Of a DNA stretch of 64,000 nucleotides, positions 60,858 through 64,000 are shown piece after piece. The notes beneath the pieces are model-generated. The model was not told the origin of the DNA. It was given only the letters and a program-made list of their open reading frames with translations, and made no database searches. This stretch comes from Candidatus Eiseniibacteriota bacterium (GTDB lineage Bacteria > Eisenbacteria > RBG-16-71-46), in NCBI GenBank assembly GCA_963744995.1, contig CAVUWA010000002.1, forward strand, positions 1,152,001 to 1,216,000. Direction: 5' to 3'. The position numbers and the translations under genes were made by a program. The number at the start of each line of letters is the position of its first letter. The first letter of the stretch is position 1.

Positions 60858-61616
60858 ATGAAGAGACCCGTCTTCTTGCAGGCGGCGTTGAATGGCGACC
60901 GGATTCACCCGGCAGCGCCCCGCACCCCTGCGGCCATTGCAGAGGCGGCCCGAGCGGTCGCCGCGGCCGGCGCTCGATCGGTACACGTCCACGCGTTCGA
61001 CGAGGCCGGTCGAGAGACGCTCGAGAGTAGCGCTTGCGCCCGCGTGCTCGGCGCGATCCGGGAGCGCTGTCCCGGGATTCCGATTTCCTTGACGACGTCC
61101 GCTTCGATCGTGCCGGATCCACGCGAGCGTCTCGGAGTGGTCGAGGCATGGGAGGAACTGCCGGACCTCGTCACGGCGAATCAGGGCGAGCCGGCCATCG
61201 TCGAGCTGTGTGAGTCGCTGCTTGCGCGAGGCGTCGAGATCGAAGCCGGGCTGTTGAGCGTCGATGATGCTCGCGCTTTCGTGCGCTCCGGATTGGCCGC
61301 TCGGTGCCGCCGCGTCCTCATCGAACCGCTCGATGCCGATCCGGACGTCGCGGTGCAGCACGCAGCCCGAATCGAAGACGTCCTGAGGTCCGCAGGCATC
61401 GCCCTCGAACAAGTCCACCACGGCTACGGCGTCGCGTGTTGGGCGGTCAACAAGCGGGGACTCTACCGAGGCCACGGCATTCGTACCGGTCTCGAAGACG
61501 TAACGTCCCTGCCCGACGGCACCCCGGCCCGGGACAACGCGGAATTGGTCACGGCGGCTGCCCGCCTGGCCCGGAGTCACGTGGACCTCGCTTCCGAGAA
61601 CGATTCTGCCGGGTGA
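60858..61616 (+). CDS. Beta-keto acid cleavage enzyme family (DUF849)
   Basis: QAALNG, AGARSVHVH, EAGL, HH, RTGLED, N-A-E-L-V. Confidence 0.85.
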   Translation: MKRPVFLQAALNGDRIHPAAPRTPAAIAEAARAVAAAGARSVHVHAFDEAGRETLESSACARVLGAIRERCPGIPISLTTSASIVPDPRERLGVVEAWEELPDLVTANQGEPAIVELCESLLARGVEIEAGLLSVDDARAFVRSGLAARCRRVLIEPLDADPDVAVQHAARIEDVLRSAGIALEQVHHGYGVACWAVNKRGLYRGHGIRTGLEDVTSLPDGTPARDNAELVTAAARLARSHVDLASENDSAG

Positions 61617-61676
61617 CCGATGTCCGCCAGCGTTCCTGCGGGTGTCGATGTGGCCCTCGCAGCGGGCCATGTCCGG

Positions 61677-62938
61677 GTCGATAAGATCTCTCACCCCCGC
61701 CGGCACCCAGGCTACGCCCGCATGGACACTCGCTCCAGCCTGAAGGCTTCGCGCCGCCCGAGCTGAAGCAGCACGCTGGCCGCCCGACTCGGTCGCACGA
61801 CCCCACGTCGCGGCCCATTCCGCCCGCACCGGCCGCTGCGCCGGCACACCGAGCCCACCACGTGTCCCGGTATCTCGCGAGCGCGCCCATGCGGGGGAGG
61901 GGATTCGGTCCACGGCGTTCTGCGTTACGCCGCCGCGTCCGCCCACGGTCCTGCGCGCGCGTCGATGCCGTTCCGCTCGAGGTGGGCGAGGATCCGCCGC
62001 ACGGCGCGCGGCGCGGTGACGAACGCGATGATGCGCATCGCGCCCGCGCAGGCCGGGCAGACGTGGACCTCGATCTCGAATACGCGGCGCAGCAGTTCGG
62101 CCCAGCGGCGGCGGCGGGCGCGCAGCGCGGGCCAGTCGTCCGCGGGCGCCGCCGCGGGGGATGGCGCCGGCCCCGGCGCAGTGACGCCGCGCGCGCCGTT
62201 CGGCACGACGCCACGCCGCCGCCACCACAGCCGCCGCCGCGTGGCATACGCGCCGTAGTAGCGCACCCGGGTTTCGTAGGGGTCGGGCACGTGCGTGACC
62301 CAGCGGGCCAGGAACTCGAGCGCGCTCATGCGATGGACGCCGGCATAGGGGCCGCTGGCGGCGTCGGAGACGAGCTCGACCTGGGCGCGGTCGGGGTCAT
62401 AGCGCAGGCGGTCCTCGGCGATCGGAGCGCGCGCGCCGTAGCGGGCGACGCGCGTGAGGCTCGTGCGATCGTCGCCGGCGATCAGGGGGCCGATGTGCGC
62501 GCCGAAGCCCGAGTGCGGCCAGGCGAGCATGGCGGCGGCGGCTTCTTCTTCGAGCCAGCCCTCGCGTGCGAACCAGGCGAGGACGGCGCGGCGGAACGAT
62601 TCCTGGAGGGTGGCGGGGTCGTGCGTGGGGGCGGAGTGGAACCGGGCGTCGCGCGTGAACGCGCCGTCGGTCATCAGCACGTGCAGGTGCGGATGCCAGT
62701 GCGCGATCGAGCCGAAAGTCTGCACGCAGATGATCGCCCCGGGGGCGGCGTCTCGATCGCCGAGCCCGGCCTGCAGGTAGCGGCTCAGGACGCGGGCGGC
62801 GAGTCGGCTCAGGCCGCCGAGGCGGCGGCGGTCATATAGAAGGTAGGGCCTGAGTCGCCTGGGCAGCGTCAGCACGATCTGGCGGTGCGGCACGTCGAGC
62901 AGCAGCGACTCCTCCAGCCACAGGCTCCACTCGGCCAG
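61677..62938 (-). mobile_element. IS91-family element (copy B), 5'-truncated transposase 61925-62938
   Basis: HWHPHLH HUH motif, RYGAR, VRYYG, CPAC; lacks the N-terminal Zn-binding region; about 250-nt tail shared with copy A. Confidence 0.85.
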
Positions 62939-63175
62939 CAGCGACGGCATTACCGCGAGCAGGCGCGCGGTCGAGTACAGAGGGTTCAGCGGCAGATGGT
63001 CGTACCCCGAATGAACGACGTACGCGATCGCGAAGCCGGCCAGGCACCGTGGCACGACCAGTCCGCGCCGACACGTCCCAGGAACGCGTACCGCCGCCGT
63101 TCCCAGAGGTAAACTCTTGACATTCACGGCCTCGCATGGACCTTCCCCCATACCTCTGTAACTCTAGGAGTTCCC

Positions 63176-64000
63176 ATGCGTTCGAGACTTCTGTTCGGCC
63201 TCGTCGGCGTCGCCGCGTTTGCCGGCATCGCCGTCGCGATCGTCGTATCGATCCTCCCGCAGCGCACCCCGAGCCTCCGCCGGCCTTCCGAAGACGAGGC
63301 GGCGGGGCTTTTCCCGACCGACTGGTTCGGCGCGCAGCGCGCCTGGCCCTACGACCACATCCCTCAGGAATCGTTCCGGCAGGCGGCGCGGCAGGCGATG
63401 GTCGAGCGCACCGCGCAGGCGCTCTCGACCAGCGGCACCGTGCAGCCGGTATGGACGCAGGCGGGCCCGTTCAACATCGGCGGCCTCGTGACCGCCCTCG
63501 ACGCCGTGCCCGGGGGCGCGAGCGTGTACCTCGCTTCGGCCAACGGCGGCGTGTTCAAGTCGGTGAACTCGGGCGTCAACTGGACGCCCATCAGCGACGG
63601 CATGCCGTTCTTCTCGATCGGCGCGCTGGCGATCGACCCGAACGACAACGACCTCGTCTACGTGGGCACCGGCGAGGCGAACGCCGCCACGGATTCCTAT
63701 GACGGCGACGGGCTGTGGCGCTGGAACGAAGCCGCCCAGAGCTGGACCCACCTCGGCCTCGATGCGACCGCGCGCATCGGGCGGATCGCGATCGACTCGC
63801 AGAACTCGAACCGCATCTACGTCGCCGCCATGGGACACTTGTTCTCGACCGATTCCAACCGCGGGCTCTACCGCAGCGAGGACGGCGGTCAGACCTGGAG
63901 CCAGGTGCTGTACGTCAACGACAGCACCGGCGTCACCGACGTCGCCGTGAATCCGGCGCATCCGGAAACCGTGTTCGTCGCAACGTGGGAGTGTCTGCGG
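63176..64000 (+). CDS. Exported VPS10/BNR-repeat (Asp-box) beta-propeller protein, runs off the window
   Basis: AGGAG RBS; MRSRLLFG..., GPFNIGG, GGVFKS, SIGALAIDP, YVGTGE, RSEDGGQTW; not in ORF track. Confidence 0.85.
   Translation, partial: MRSRLLFGLVGVAAFAGIAVAIVVSILPQRTPSLRRPSEDEAAGLFPTDWFGAQRAWPYDHIPQESFRQAARQAMVERTAQALSTSGTVQPVWTQAGPFNIGGLVTALDAVPGGASVYLASANGGVFKSVNSGVNWTPISDGMPFFSIGALAIDPNDNDLVYVGTGEANAATDSYDGDGLWRWNEAAQSWTHLGLDATARIGRIAIDSQNSNRIYVAAMGHLFSTDSNRGLYRSEDGGQTWSQVLYVNDSTGVTDVAVNPAHPETVFVATWECLR

Noticed and set aside
62939..63151. N-terminal extension of the IS91 transposase ORF
   Set aside because: Similarity to copy A stops near 62938 and the zinc motif is missing; likely unrelated DNA read in frame

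Overview
High-GC bacterial chromosome segment. Secreted proteins ending in (T/S)WGxxKxxYR and a T9SS-like C-terminal domain suggest a non-Bacteroidota FCB-group lineage such as Ca. Eisenbacteria (inference only). Positions 1-56 kb are mostly housekeeping: maeB, uvrB-nadC-birA-tatC-coaX, M28 peptidase, PD40 protein, groEL paralogue, dapE/dapC/dapD, folB-folK-kinase-panB-panC, GlmU-like transferase, tatA, ppiD, uvrA, rtcB, radical SAM-rng, rplU-rpmA and an SCO-PCuAC-CtaG trio. About 56.6-63.1 kb is a decaying accessory region with ISL3 and IS91-family remnants. The best candidate for an undescribed system is at 35-38.5 kb and is partly missed by the ORF track: a PAS kinase plus sigma-54 activator, then an enhancer-like palindrome, a sigma-54 promoter, a multi-hairpin leader, a 27-aa Lys/Ala micropeptide and a terminator, with a divergent secreted aromatic-rich peptide. 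Also notable: three kinds of C-terminal sorting-like signals and an atypical LuxR regulator with a His/Cys insert next to rtcB. No rRNA, tRNA or CRISPR array was seen. All family calls come from motif recognition by eye, not database searches.
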